From: Candidatus Heimdallarchaeota archaeon
GTDB taxonomy: Archaea; Asgardarchaeota; Heimdallarchaeia; Heimdallarchaeales; Heimdallarchaeaceae
Assembly: GCA_030603365.1 (NCBI GenBank)
Contig: JAUVXV010000009.1
Coordinates: 64,001-128,000 of the forward strand
DNA length: 64,000 nucleotides
Direction: 5' to 3'
Below the pieces are notes generated by a model. It saw only the letters and a list, made by a program, of their open reading frames with translations. It was not told the DNA's origin and did not search any database. Every line of letters begins with the position of its first letter. Position 1 is the first letter of the stretch. Made by a program: the position numbers and the translations under genes. Positions 10,555 to 21,331 of this stretch are shown one piece after another.

Positions 10555-12036
10555 ATGATTGTTGATTTCAAGAAGATTCAAATTAATGAATTTGACATCC
10601 CTTTGGTTCTAGTAGGAGTACTAGAAGAAGCAAAAGGTGATGTCTTTATTTCTGATATAAACGAAGAAGCAGGAAATGTAGTTGAATTAGGGGATTTTAA
10701 AGGAAAGAACGGTGATCTCTCTCTAATTTATACAAAAGGAACTATATCTCCAAAAAGACTTCTTCTAATCGGTTTAGGAAAACAAGAAAAGCTTACAGTA
10801 GAAACTGTTAGAGAAGCCGTTGGTGATGCATCCAGAAAAGCTCGTGATTTAGACGTTAAGAAACTAGGTATCTATCTTGATTCCTTTGCACGAGATAAAT
10901 TAGAATTGACAGAAACTACTGAAGCATTAGTCCAAGGCATTATTATGGGAAGTTTTCAGAATATTGTATATAGAACTAAAAATCTAGATAAATATAAGAA
11001 AATCGAGGAATTAATTATTTTTAGTCCTGATGCAGATGAAATTGTTTTGAAACAAGGGATTGAAAGCGGTAAGATTATAGCTGATGCAGTTAATTTCTGC
11101 AGAGAACTAGCTTGGGGACCTGCAAACTATATCACACCTACCAAACTCGCTAATGAAGCTCTTCGACTTGAGAAGGACTTAGGTATTAAAACTACAGTTT
11201 TCGAAAGAGAACAAGCAAAAGAAATAGGTCTAACAAGTTTCCTAGCTGTCGCCCAAGGAACTAAGGAACCTCCAAAATTCATTATCATGGAACATGGTGC
11301 TAATAAAGAAGGAGTGGAGACAGTAGCATTAATTGGAAAAGCTATCACTTTTGATAGCGGTGGTATCAGTATAAAACCAGGTCAAAACATGGAAAAGATG
11401 AAAGCAGATATGACTGGTGGTGCAGTTGTTGTTGCTGTAATGGAAGCAGTTGCCAAACTAGATTTAGATCTACATGTAGTGGGTGTTGTTCCCGCAACAG
11501 ATAATATGCCTTCTGGAACAGCTTATCATCCTGGTGATATAATTACTAGTTATAGTGGTTTAACTATTGAAGTTATAAATACAGATGCTGAAGGAAGAAT
11601 GATACTTAATGATGCTTTAACATATGCTGCTAAGCATTATAAACCAAAAGCAATGTTTGATTTCGCTACATTAACTGGTGCAATGATGATTGCTTTAGGA
11701 GAACACGCAATTGGTTACTTCTCAAATCATGATTTCGTCGTAGATAAGCTTGAAGAAGCATCAAACACAAGTGGAGAAAGAGTCTGGAGAATGCCATTAT
11801 GGGAAGTCTATGATGAACAACTCAAAAGTGATGTTGCTGACTTTAAGCACACTGGTGGTCGTCCTGGTGGTTCAATTACAGCTGCAAGATTCTTAAGCCA
11901 ATTTACACTTGATGTTCCATGGGCTCACTTAGATATTGCTGGTACAATGGAACAAAGTAGCGATAAGCATTATAATCCAAAAGGAAGCAAGGGACCTGGT
12001 GTTCGTGTTATCCTTGATGTTTTAAGAAATTGGTAG
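10555..12036 (+). CDS. pepA: Leucyl aminopeptidase (M17)
   Basis: GKAITFDSGGISIK, MKADMTGG, NTDAEGR, ATLTGA, WAHLDIAG. Confidence 0.97.
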   Translation: MIVDFKKIQINEFDIPLVLVGVLEEAKGDVFISDINEEAGNVVELGDFKGKNGDLSLIYTKGTISPKRLLLIGLGKQEKLTVETVREAVGDASRKARDLDVKKLGIYLDSFARDKLELTETTEALVQGIIMGSFQNIVYRTKNLDKYKKIEELIIFSPDADEIVLKQGIESGKIIADAVNFCRELAWGPANYITPTKLANEALRLEKDLGIKTTVFEREQAKEIGLTSFLAVAQGTKEPPKFIIMEHGANKEGVETVALIGKAITFDSGGISIKPGQNMEKMKADMTGGAVVVAVMEAVAKLDLDLHVVGVVPATDNMPSGTAYHPGDIITSYSGLTIEVINTDAEGRMILNDALTYAAKHYKPKAMFDFATLTGAMMIALGEHAIGYFSNHDFVVDKLEEASNTSGERVWRMPLWEVYDEQLKSDVADFKHTGGRPGGSITAARFLSQFTLDVPWAHLDIAGTMEQSSDKHYNPKGSKGPGVRVILDVLRNW

Positions 12037-12065
12037 AGATAATTCTATCTCTTTTTCATCTTTTT

Positions 12066-12680
12066 TTATTCATACCATTTTGTTACTTCCTCTATCGTAA
12101 ATCTTGGCTCTCTTTCAGGTTGTTCATCTGGATAACCAAGTGCAATTGCTGCAATCAAAGGACTAGAATAACCTACTTGCATACCAGTCTTCTCTCCAAA
12201 TTCCACGAGATTAGATCTCATTTCTGATTCTTCAACTTTAATTTTTAATAGCTGAAGTATTGCTTGTTCAACAAAAAGAACATCATTTATCCACACAGTA
12301 CCTAATCCCATACTATGTGCTTTCAATAGCATATTTTGTATAGCTGCCGACACTGATTGTATTTCTGGACCTATTCCTCCCCATTCACATGTTTGTAAAA
12401 CTAGAATAACAACTGGTGCCTTATCCATAATATTGTAAGAATTATGGGTTGAAGCCATTAAAGGAATTTTAGGAAGTTTTTCTATTGTTTCTCTACATGT
12501 TTGAACAAGTCTTGCCTTTGCTTCCCCTTGAAAAACATGGAATCTCCATTGAACTCTGTTCTTAGCTGAAGGTGCTCTATTTCCTGCATCTAAAATATCA
12601 ATTATCTGTTCTTTCGTTAAAGGTTTATCCTTATACTTTCTTATAGATCTTCTATTCTTGATAACTTCATCAATATCCAT
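12066..12680 (-). CDS. Nitroreductase family protein
   Basis: RRSIRKY, APSAKNRVQW, IQNMLLKAHSMGLGTVW, LGYP; ATG 12680 preferred. Confidence 0.9.
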   Translation of the reverse strand: MDIDEVIKNRRSIRKYKDKPLTKEQIIDILDAGNRAPSAKNRVQWRFHVFQGEAKARLVQTCRETIEKLPKIPLMASTHNSYNIMDKAPVVILVLQTCEWGGIGPEIQSVSAAIQNMLLKAHSMGLGTVWINDVLFVEQAILQLLKIKVEESEMRSNLVEFGEKTGMQVGYSSPLIAAIALGYPDEQPEREPRFTIEEVTKWYE

Positions 12681-12738
12681 AGGATAAGAAATAAGATTCC
12701 GAAATAAAAAACTTTTCTGACTACTTCTATTCAAGCAT

Positions 12739-13287
12739 TCAAACCTTATTGTGTTCTATTTCTTTAATTTCATCAGTATGATTAACTGTTTGAATTCTAT
12801 TTACTCCTTCAAACTTATGTATAAGTTTCACCACTTCTTCAGGAACACTATCTTTCCATTTCCCCCCATGAATCATCATATTTCTAATCTCCTTTCCACT
12901 ATATTCAGTTCTATTAACAAGGGGGATTTCTCTAACTTCTTTGTTAGCTAGTTTAGAAAACAGCTGTTGCACTAATGGATTATTTGAAAAAACAACATTA
13001 AATGCAGGTACTAAATCAATAACATTAGCAGCCCAAATGGTATTTCTATTAATATCTGGTATTGCTGTAATAAAGGTCTTATTAATATCGAATCTTTTTC
13101 TGACTAGTGATGTAAGCATTTCCAATCTCTCTCCTCCTGTAAAAGGATTCTTTATTGAATATGCTTTTTCTCCACTTCCAATAAGGATTATAATTTCATC
13201 TATGTCTGGTTGTTCAAGAATATACTCAATTGCATGAATGTGACCATTGTGAGGAGGGTTAAAACGACCTAGGTATAAAGCTCTCAT
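12739..13287 (-). CDS. nadM: Nicotinamide-nucleotide adenylyltransferase (archaeal)
   Basis: GRFNPPHNGH, NPFTGGER, SNNPLV, YSGKEIR; ATG 13287 preferred. Confidence 0.93.
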   Translation of the reverse strand: MRALYLGRFNPPHNGHIHAIEYILEQPDIDEIIILIGSGEKAYSIKNPFTGGERLEMLTSLVRKRFDINKTFITAIPDINRNTIWAANVIDLVPAFNVVFSNNPLVQQLFSKLANKEVREIPLVNRTEYSGKEIRNMMIHGGKWKDSVPEEVVKLIHKFEGVNRIQTVNHTDEIKEIEHNKV

Positions 13288-13343
13288 TTCATAACAATCT
13301 AATTTACTCAATAATATATCTTTGTGCAAAGGGTAATTGTTTC

Positions 13344-14150
13344 CTATTCAATATGATAATTATCTTCTGATTTGTGTATTAAACCATCCTTTTTCATTTT
13401 CACTAAAATGGTATCTAATTGTTTTTTAGAACATTTTAAGTAATTGATTAATTCTTTAGAAGTAGCTTTCTTGTTTTCCAGAAGATACTTGAGGATTTGG
13501 CCTCTTCTTTCTCTATCTGATCCTTTGAATTTAGGCTGTTTAGTTGTAGGTTCTATTCCTGTAGCGGATACAGTAAGATGAATTGCACCATAATCCATCA
13601 GAGCATTGTGCCAATCTCTAGATTTTCCTTGAGGAAGAAGCTGTTCTGCTATTAGAAAAAGTTCCTTCTCACTCATATCTTCAGTTGCAAATCTTTCTGC
13701 AATAAGAATTCTCCTGATATTCGTATCAACTGTTGCAAAATTCATATTGAAAGCGAATATCAAAATAGAATTTGCTGAATAGTTTCCAATCCCTTTGAGT
13801 TTTTGAAGTTCTTGTGGAGTTTTGGGAAATTCTTTCAATTTAATTAGTGTTTGAGCAGCTTCTTGCAGCCACAAAGCTCTGCGATTGTAACCTAAACCTG
13901 ACCAAACAGAAAGCAATTCAGATTTTGGTGCTCTTGTAAGCGATTTTACATTTGGGTATTTTTGTATGAATTCAGTAAATTTCTCAGTAACTCTAGAGGC
14001 TTGAGTTTGTTGTAGCATTATTTCAGAAACCAGTATTTTGTAGGGTTCTTCAGTTTCTCTCCAAGGGAATTTTCTCTTATTTTCTTTCCACCAAGAAAAG
14101 ATTTTTTCTTGGAATTGTGTAATCTTTTTTTCGGAAATATAAGAGTTCAT
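13344..14150 (-). CDS. mutY: HhH-GPD A/G-specific adenine glycosylase (MutY-like), Fe-S-less, C-terminal wHTH
   Basis: PWR, VSEIMLQQT, WSGLGYNRRA, LKGIGNYSA, VDTN, ALMDYGA with no following Cys cluster. Confidence 0.8.
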   Translation of the reverse strand: MNSYISEKKITQFQEKIFSWWKENKRKFPWRETEEPYKILVSEIMLQQTQASRVTEKFTEFIQKYPNVKSLTRAPKSELLSVWSGLGYNRRALWLQEAAQTLIKLKEFPKTPQELQKLKGIGNYSANSILIFAFNMNFATVDTNIRRILIAERFATEDMSEKELFLIAEQLLPQGKSRDWHNALMDYGAIHLTVSATGIEPTTKQPKFKGSDRERRGQILKYLLENKKATSKELINYLKCSKKQLDTILVKMKKDGLIHKSEDNYHIE

Positions 14151-14266
14151 TAACTTTTCCTCTATGATTTAATGCAAATCTATTGTAGAATCTTTAAAAG
14201 TGTTTTTAGCAAATAATAATTAATAGAATCACATTATTTATTTTTAATCTCAGATGGGCGAGACTA

Positions 14267-15091
14267 ATGAGTGATAAGTATGCAAAAGATTTAGATTATA
14301 AAAACAATTCAAACACTTGCGTTCTTATTTTCCATGGATTTTCTGGAACTCCTCTAGATCTGAAAAATCTTGCAGAACAGTTAGCAGATGAACAACTAGA
14401 TGTTTACGTCCCCCTTCTCCCATATCATGGTGTGGATTATGAGCATTTAGCTGACATCAATTTGGAAGAGTTTTTTACTTGGGGTCAGGAGCTTATAAAA
14501 GAAAAACGAAAGGAATATCAACAATTGATTGTTATCGGTATTTCTATTGGGGCTGCACTTTCATATTTATCTGAAATAAACAACCCGATGGTAGATGCTT
14601 TAATAGGAATCAGTTCCACTGGTATTTTTTCTCTAGGAATGAAAATGTTCGCTTTCATCTCTCGATTTATTAAAATCAGATTTGTTCCGTATGATCCAAT
14701 ACATGATTTTGAGGAGAAATACTTTGATAAAGAATATCTTTGCTGGAAAGAAGAAAATTTTCCTAAGATGCCAATGGAGGTTTTTATAGATGCAGTACGA
14801 CAATCAAAGCACTTCAAACATGATGCTAGCAAAATTACTGCACCTTTGTTAATAATAAACGGTTCAAAAGATCCTTCTGCCAGCAATAAAACCTTGCCTT
14901 ACTATATTAAGAAAGCAAAATCTAGGATTAAGAGAGGAGTTATTATCAAAGGTGGCAGACATGTCATCTTGAATTCAAAATTCCATGAACAATTAGTAGA
15001 CGAAATTAAGAGTTTCATAAAACTAGTTCTTGATAACCTTACAGATGATTCTTTTCAAGTTAATGAGATAAAAACTATCTCACTAAAATAG
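14267..15091 (+). CDS. Alpha/beta hydrolase (carboxylesterase/monoacylglycerol lipase-like)
   Basis: HGFSG, GISIG nucleophile elbow, GSKD, GGRH. Confidence 0.88.
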   Translation: MSDKYAKDLDYKNNSNTCVLIFHGFSGTPLDLKNLAEQLADEQLDVYVPLLPYHGVDYEHLADINLEEFFTWGQELIKEKRKEYQQLIVIGISIGAALSYLSEINNPMVDALIGISSTGIFSLGMKMFAFISRFIKIRFVPYDPIHDFEEKYFDKEYLCWKEENFPKMPMEVFIDAVRQSKHFKHDASKITAPLLIINGSKDPSASNKTLPYYIKKAKSRIKRGVIIKGGRHVILNSKFHEQLVDEIKSFIKLVLDNLTDDSFQVNEIKTISLK

Positions 15092-15167
15092 TGAGAATAC
15101 TAATGTGTCTAGTTTGACACAATAAGTATTAATATTGTTTTTACGTTAACTTAAACAACAAATAATT

Positions 15168-17363
15168 GTGATGAGAATGAAAATTTTAAAAAACAAAAAA
15201 ATTATGATAATTAGTTCAACCATAATTGTAGTTCTAGTAGCAACAAATTTGGCAATATTTTTACCAAGAGTTAACAATCCTGGAAGAACCTTGGACTGGA
15301 ACCCTGAACCTTTACTTGAAGGAACAGCATCAACGTTTGAAGTAAAGAATTCTGTAGTTACAAGCTTTGGTTCCTATACACCGGCGAATTTGGACTATAC
15401 TCCATCTATTGTTCCAACTGAAATAGCTGATAATTTGGCAAATGTCAATTTACAGGGACTTCAAGTCTCTCCAGAGATTGAGGAAATGCTAGAAATTTAT
15501 GGATTTGCTATAGTAGATGAGGGGGATGAAGATATTTATGCCATTTATTCTGACTTGGAAAGTCCTAAATTCATTACTACTGACTTATGTTTACACGCTT
15601 ATCACGTTCTCTATGATATTAGCCTTAGAGTTCTAGAAGGAGAACGATTCTTCTATGATTTTGAAACTATGTTGCTAACACTTAGAGATGCTCAAATAGC
15701 TTTGAATGGATCAATTTCTGAACCTGTTGTTCATGATGCATTAAACAAAAACGTAGCCTATCTTTCAGTAATGCTTTATCTTATCAATGAAACAAATACA
15801 ATCCCTGCTGAAGTAGAAACACTTACTCAAACAGAACTCGATTTGATAAATGCAACTGAAAGAGCACCATCTGTTATTTTTGGTTATGACGAAGATTATA
15901 CCCAATATATTGTTAGAGGACATTATACTCGTAATGAGATTCTAGCAAACTACTTTAGAGCCATGATGTATGCTGGAAGAATGGGGTTCCTCCTCCAGAG
16001 TCCAATGGGAGACCCAGCTATGGGTATAGAACATACAAGGATGGCACTTCTATTATTGTCTAGTTTTAATTCTTCCATATCCACAGATACTGTTTGGGAT
16101 TATTGGGATCGGATATACGAACCAACTGTATTCTATGTTGGATCAAGTGATGATCTAACCCCTGCAGAATATTATGGCCTCTGGCAGGATTTAGGAGCTC
16201 CAGAAGGAAATGGTCTTGCTCCTGAGAGTTTCATTGAGAGTTTTATTGAAGAAGCAAAAACCTATCGGAAACCCTTGATTAATTCGATGTTTATTTTCGA
16301 AACTGAAGATTCTGAAAATGTTACCCAAGGTTTCAGATTGATGGGACAAAGATTCATTCCTGATTCTTACATCTTCCAACAATTAGTTCATACTAAGGTA
16401 GATGGAAGACTCATGCCTACTGGTTTAGATGTCTTTTCTGTTTTCGGAAGTCCCAGAGCAGATTATTATATGGAAAATGAAAGCTTAAGTTATCTTGATT
16501 ATGATGATCAAATATTCAAACTCCGAGAAGAATTCGGAAATTTGACAGAATATGATTGGACACAAAATCTGTATTGGTTATGGCTGTACTCACTATTTCC
16601 ATTACTTGCGCCAGTATCTGAAGGTTATCCTGGATTCATGTTAAGTGATGCTTGGTCAGATAAAGCCTTAATGACTTCATCTGCATCTTGGGCAGAATTA
16701 AGACACGATACAATTTTGTACGCTAAACAATCCTATACCCTTGAAACTTCAATGCCTGAGATTAGAAAAGGATATGTTGAACCCTATCCTGAAGTTTATG
16801 CAAGATTAGCAAGTTTAGTTAGGCTTATGCAATCAGGTTTGGAAGAACGAGATCTATTCTTTGGTAGTTTCAGTAGTAAATTACTATATATTGCTGAGAT
16901 ATTTGATAGACTTGTTGAACTTAGTATCAAAGAATTGGAAAATATACCACTTTCCATCGCTGATATTGATTACATAAATACTGTTGCTATTCTAATTGAA
17001 GAAGCCGCAAGCTTCCATGATCCTGACGCAGAAGATTGGGTGAGTGAAGCAGATGATAGAATGGCTGTAATAGCAGATGTACATACAGATCCTAATACAG
17101 GAAATGTTCTAGAAGTAGCATCAGGAGATCCTTTTGTAATATACGTAGTTGTTCAAGATGAGGATGGAAATCTTAGATTAGCTAGAGGAGGAACTTTCTC
17201 TTATTATGAATTCCATCACCCAATGGTTGATAGATTAACTGATGAAGGTTGGCAGGAAATGTTAGATACTAATCCTCCACCTTTACCTGAATGGATGTTA
17301 AGCTCACTACCTTTAGTGAATAGTGCACCATCGCTGATTTTTCATGCAAGAAGAGAGGACTAA
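15168..17363 (+). CDS. DUF3160 domain membrane-anchored protein
   Basis: FITTD..LH.YH, DYTQYIVRGHYT, GQRFIPDS, SWAELRHDTILYAKQ, GYVEP, IADVHTDP, FSYYEF, RLTDEGW. Confidence 0.88.
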   Translation: MMRMKILKNKKIMIISSTIIVVLVATNLAIFLPRVNNPGRTLDWNPEPLLEGTASTFEVKNSVVTSFGSYTPANLDYTPSIVPTEIADNLANVNLQGLQVSPEIEEMLEIYGFAIVDEGDEDIYAIYSDLESPKFITTDLCLHAYHVLYDISLRVLEGERFFYDFETMLLTLRDAQIALNGSISEPVVHDALNKNVAYLSVMLYLINETNTIPAEVETLTQTELDLINATERAPSVIFGYDEDYTQYIVRGHYTRNEILANYFRAMMYAGRMGFLLQSPMGDPAMGIEHTRMALLLLSSFNSSISTDTVWDYWDRIYEPTVFYVGSSDDLTPAEYYGLWQDLGAPEGNGLAPESFIESFIEEAKTYRKPLINSMFIFETEDSENVTQGFRLMGQRFIPDSYIFQQLVHTKVDGRLMPTGLDVFSVFGSPRADYYMENESLSYLDYDDQIFKLREEFGNLTEYDWTQNLYWLWLYSLFPLLAPVSEGYPGFMLSDAWSDKALMTSSASWAELRHDTILYAKQSYTLETSMPEIRKGYVEPYPEVYARLASLVRLMQSGLEERDLFFGSFSSKLLYIAEIFDRLVELSIKELENIPLSIADIDYINTVAILIEEAASFHDPDAEDWVSEADDRMAVIADVHTDPNTGNVLEVASGDPFVIYVVVQDEDGNLRLARGGTFSYYEFHHPMVDRLTDEGWQEMLDTNPPPLPEWMLSSLPLVNSAPSLIFHARRED

Positions 17364-17472
17364 TTTCTTCTCCCTTTCTCTTTTTTTATTTTTATTCTAA
17401 CATATTGTTTATAATTGAATTTACTTATAATCAAGTTTAAGCATCACAGAAAAATCAGTTGAGGAATTTCAT

Positions 17473-18132
17473 TTGGACAAAAATGAGTTTTTATCCAATG
17501 TTCAGAAAAAAGTTGGTAATTTCAGGGATTTAGCTGTATTCAATCAAAGTTATATTCGTCCCAATGTTATCTACCGTTCTTCTTCACCAATTCCTCATCA
17601 GTCACCTGAGCTTCTTGAAGAATTTAAAGAACTAGGGATAAACAGTATTATTGATCTGAGATCAGCTATTGAGATAGGCCATGCTACCTATGATGATGAT
17701 TTTTTGAAAACTATCAATTATTATTGGGTACATATCGATATCTCTATACCTCCTGATGTGATACTGAGAGAAGGACAAAGTGAACTTACATTTTACAAGC
17801 AATTTTGTTGGTACACCTTATTTTATAATAAACAACAGATTAGAAGAGTATTCGATATTCTTTCTCGTTCAGAGAACTTGGCAACAGTTATTCATTGTCA
17901 TGCAGGTCGAGATAGAACTGGAGTAATATCTAGCTTAATTTTATTGCTTCTAAATGCTCCTGAACCGAATATCATCCAAGATTATCTCGCAACAGATGAA
18001 TTTACTCTAAGTGAAGATATTGAATACATTGTTGGTGAGATTAACAAGCTAGGTGGGATTATGGAATACTTAGTCAGTTGTGGTTTACAGGAGGAAACTT
18101 TGGAAGGAATGATTGAACAACTCCGTCCTTAA
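17473..18132 (+). CDS. Tyrosine-protein phosphatase (Y_phosphatase3/MptpB-like)
   Basis: NFRDL, IYRS, IIDLRS, HCHAGRDRTG (CX5R), DYL. Confidence 0.9.
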   Translation: MDKNEFLSNVQKKVGNFRDLAVFNQSYIRPNVIYRSSSPIPHQSPELLEEFKELGINSIIDLRSAIEIGHATYDDDFLKTINYYWVHIDISIPPDVILREGQSELTFYKQFCWYTLFYNKQQIRRVFDILSRSENLATVIHCHAGRDRTGVISSLILLLLNAPEPNIIQDYLATDEFTLSEDIEYIVGEINKLGGIMEYLVSCGLQEETLEGMIEQLRP

Positions 18133-18206
18133 ATTAAGTGAAACTGTTTTCATATTCCAAAAGAGTTATTTGATACTTATTCTAATCCTACATATCGTTG
18201 TTCTAA

Positions 18207-19592
18207 ATGGATTTGAAAAGAATGAATGATGCTGTAAATGAGAGTGTGATTCTAGTTGATGAAAATATCCTATCCTATCCAGTTATAACATCAAAAATGA
18301 AAGTTATTCTTCTGCTTATATCTGCATTTGGTACTGCAGCTAGAATGATTGGACGAATGTTTGTAGAAATGTATGCTGTGGTTATTGGTTCTTCTAAAAC
18401 TGCTATTTCATTGATTACTTCAATTAGGAATTTGATTACATTAGCTTTTCAATCCTCTTTTGGAAGAATATCTGATTTCTTGGGAAGAAAAGTCATGATT
18501 CTCATTGGTCTTTTTGGAGCAGGGATCTCTCTAGCCTTATTCCCATTAATACGAAACCAGTGGGTTTTGGTAGTAGGAGTATTCTTTTTTTCTCTTTGTT
18601 TTGCAATTTATAACCCCTCTTTCACAGCTTTGATTGGCGATTTGACAAAAAAAGAAAACAGAGCAGGATTATTTAGTCTCTTAACACTTGTGGGTTCTCT
18701 AGCTTCTTTTATAGGACTTCTTCTTATAGGTGAATTGAGTGATTTAGTTCAACCTCATTTAACTCAATACAGTCATATACATCTGTCTTCAATGGGGGAT
18801 TTAATTCTTTCTTATACCAAATTTGGGTATGGGTTTGAATCTGATTTTTTGAGTGTTTTTCAGCACAATCAGTATTCGGTTATCCTTTATTTAGCAGCAT
18901 GTCTCTTCATCATTACTGGAATAATCAGTGTCCTCTTAACTGATCCACCTACTGAAAAATTAGCAGAGAGATCTGTCCTTTCCTTTACACCATTGAAGGA
19001 AAACAAAAGATTCAGACGTTTTGTAATCGTTGGTTCAACAATGGGTTTTGTTATGTCTCTTGGTTGGCCTATCTTTCCATTTGTGAGAGTTAACTATGCA
19101 ACACCGAAAGAGAATACTTGGATATGGGCTACATTTAGTATTGTTATGATGCTTACACTTCTTATAACAAGACCTTTTATAGATAAAATGAAAAGAAAAT
19201 GGGCATTGTTCATTGGTCGTTGTTTTATGTTTTTCATACCTTTGAATCTAGCTTTAACAGCGATGTATCTGCCAACTTGGTGGTTTATGGCGATAGGTGC
19301 AGGAATTAGCGGATTTGGTAATTCATTTTATTTTGTTGCAGAAAGCAGTTATGCTCTAGATTGTGCTCCTGAGAAAGAAAAAGGTACTTACACAGGTTTG
19401 TTTTATCTATTTCTTGGGATAGCAACTTTCTTCGGATCATTATTATCTGGACTTCTAGCTGATTTGGTAGAAAATTATCTAGGAGAACTTAATACAATAA
19501 TTTTATTCTTATGGATAATAACAGGAGCAAGATTCTTAGCTTCTTTTGGTTTTCTCTTTCTAAAAGAACCGATGAACACCAGGAATGGTTGA
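18207..19592 (+). CDS. MFS transporter
   Basis: GRISDFLGRK motif A; about 12 hydrophobic segments. Confidence 0.9.
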   Translation: MDLKRMNDAVNESVILVDENILSYPVITSKMKVILLLISAFGTAARMIGRMFVEMYAVVIGSSKTAISLITSIRNLITLAFQSSFGRISDFLGRKVMILIGLFGAGISLALFPLIRNQWVLVVGVFFFSLCFAIYNPSFTALIGDLTKKENRAGLFSLLTLVGSLASFIGLLLIGELSDLVQPHLTQYSHIHLSSMGDLILSYTKFGYGFESDFLSVFQHNQYSVILYLAACLFIITGIISVLLTDPPTEKLAERSVLSFTPLKENKRFRRFVIVGSTMGFVMSLGWPIFPFVRVNYATPKENTWIWATFSIVMMLTLLITRPFIDKMKRKWALFIGRCFMFFIPLNLALTAMYLPTWWFMAIGAGISGFGNSFYFVAESSYALDCAPEKEKGTYTGLFYLFLGIATFFGSLLSGLLADLVENYLGELNTIILFLWIITGARFLASFGFLFLKEPMNTRNG

Positions 19593-19749
19593 AATTTTTG
19601 TAATTCAAGCCCTCAATGGATATTAAAGAGTAAAAGAACCAGTAAATTCTTGCCTTGGTTTACAAAGAAGAAATGAGAGAATAATTCTATCTCTTCCTTC
19701 TCTATCTTGCGTATTCGAAAAGTAATTAAATACTTGAGATGGATATATT

Positions 19750-20028
19750 TTGTCGGAAATGTTCTTTAGAAAAACCCCCCAACCAAATTATAGACGCGAA
19801 GAATCTTCAGAAACTGATACAGATACGCATCTTAAAGGACATTATTTTAGACACTCTCTCGAACTAAGGGAATTGGAATTTCAATCCCAAGAATATCAAA
19901 AGTTAGCTGAACGATTGATAAGGGAAGGACAGCTTGGACCTGTTAATGAAATTAACAGAGAAAGAGCTAAATGTAATGCAAGGATTACTGAGTTGAGAGA
20001 ACTTTTACTCAAGATGCAAGGTGTGTAA
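19750..20028 (+). CDS. Small hypothetical coiled-coil protein
   Basis: 92-aa charged helical ORF filling the intergenic space; TTG start. Confidence 0.55.
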   Translation: MSEMFFRKTPQPNYRREESSETDTDTHLKGHYFRHSLELRELEFQSQEYQKLAERLIREGQLGPVNEINRERAKCNARITELRELLLKMQGV

Positions 20029-20093
20029 AATCTTTTTAATTGCATATGTTTATAATTATTCTTGCTCAATGAAGTTTCAGAATTAAAAATTGA

Positions 20094-21299
20094 GTGATGA
20101 TAAATATGAGTATAGGATTTTGCACCCATTGTGGTGCCCGACTTGCTGAGCAAGCTGATTTCTGTAATAATTGTGGCGCACAGATTGAGATGATTAATGG
20201 AGTTCCGGCTGCAAAGCCAATAAAAACTGATCCTTATCCGGATTCAGCTCCTCCAACACAACCTGTCACCTCTGCTCAAACTTATGTTCCACCCAAGGGA
20301 CCTAGACCTATAAAGCAGCGTCCTAAGATAATTGGTTTTGCTGTTGGAGCAATCTTTCTAATAACCATACCTTTTATTGTCTTTGCTGCACTTGGTTTCT
20401 TGAATTTCACTCTTATTGGAACATTGGATTTTGAGGTTGATTCTTTTGCTGAAACTAATGTAATTCTAGATATTGATAATGACGTTGGTTCAGTTGAAAT
20501 ATATTATGACCCCACCCTTACTAATCTTTTTGAAGCAACTCTGGATGTTTGGGGAAGACCTGGATCGGAAATAGCTGATGCTGTTAATTTTGAACTTACG
20601 AATTATACTGTAGATGCTATTACAGTTAGTTTTGTATCTGGAGATAGAGTTTTCTGGTACTGGGATAAGCAAACCTTCAACTACGATATTGTAATATATA
20701 TCCATCCAACCGCAGTTGTAGATTATGATATAGATGCAGGAACTGGGTCGATATCATTAGACACAGATTCAGAAGATAATCTTGTAATAGAGAATATTTT
20801 CTTAAATTCAGGTACAGGTACACTTACTTTAGATATGGCAGGTTCAGTAAACAGTTCTGTTGAAGATTTGTACATCAATACTGGTACTGGCAGTATAAAT
20901 GCTAATTTAGGTACTTCAACAAGTTTGAACACTTCTGAAGTACTAATACAAACAGGAACTGGAACCATTACTTTTGCTTATGAGGATCTAATTGTTAATG
21001 GTGACATAACATGGGTTTTGGATACTGGTACAGGTTCCATTTATATGGATATCACACAAAATGTGGTGTTGCCCTTTCCTTATGAAACAATTATTCTAGC
21101 TGAATCAGGTACAGGAAGCATTAGTTTAGCTTTAACCTTAGACTCTTCAATAGGGTATAGTGTTACAGCTACTACTGGTACAGGATCGATTAATGTTTTT
21201 GGTTCTGAAAATGATTATGAATCTGCAAACTATGATACAGCTGACAATATCTATACTATTATACTTGATACTGGAACAGGAAGTATAACAGCTACCTAA
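20094..21299 (+). CDS. Zinc-ribbon / TM / DUF4097-like beta-repeat (adhesin-type) protein
   Basis: N-terminal CTHC...CNNC, Pro-rich linker, one TM, eight (T/S/A)GTG(S/T)(I/L) repeats. Confidence 0.8.
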   Translation: MMINMSIGFCTHCGARLAEQADFCNNCGAQIEMINGVPAAKPIKTDPYPDSAPPTQPVTSAQTYVPPKGPRPIKQRPKIIGFAVGAIFLITIPFIVFAALGFLNFTLIGTLDFEVDSFAETNVILDIDNDVGSVEIYYDPTLTNLFEATLDVWGRPGSEIADAVNFELTNYTVDAITVSFVSGDRVFWYWDKQTFNYDIVIYIHPTAVVDYDIDAGTGSISLDTDSEDNLVIENIFLNSGTGTLTLDMAGSVNSSVEDLYINTGTGSINANLGTSTSLNTSEVLIQTGTGTITFAYEDLIVNGDITWVLDTGTGSIYMDITQNVVLPFPYETIILAESGTGSISLALTLDSSIGYSVTATTGTGSINVFGSENDYESANYDTADNIYTIILDTGTGSITAT

Positions 21300-21331
21300 G
21301 AATAAGGGATAATTCCCTTTTTACTTATTTT

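Noticed and set aside
20740-21295. Recurring ac(t/a)gg(t/a)ac(t/a)gg nucleotide repeats
   Set aside because: Encode TGTG protein repeats; not CRISPR or DNA repeats
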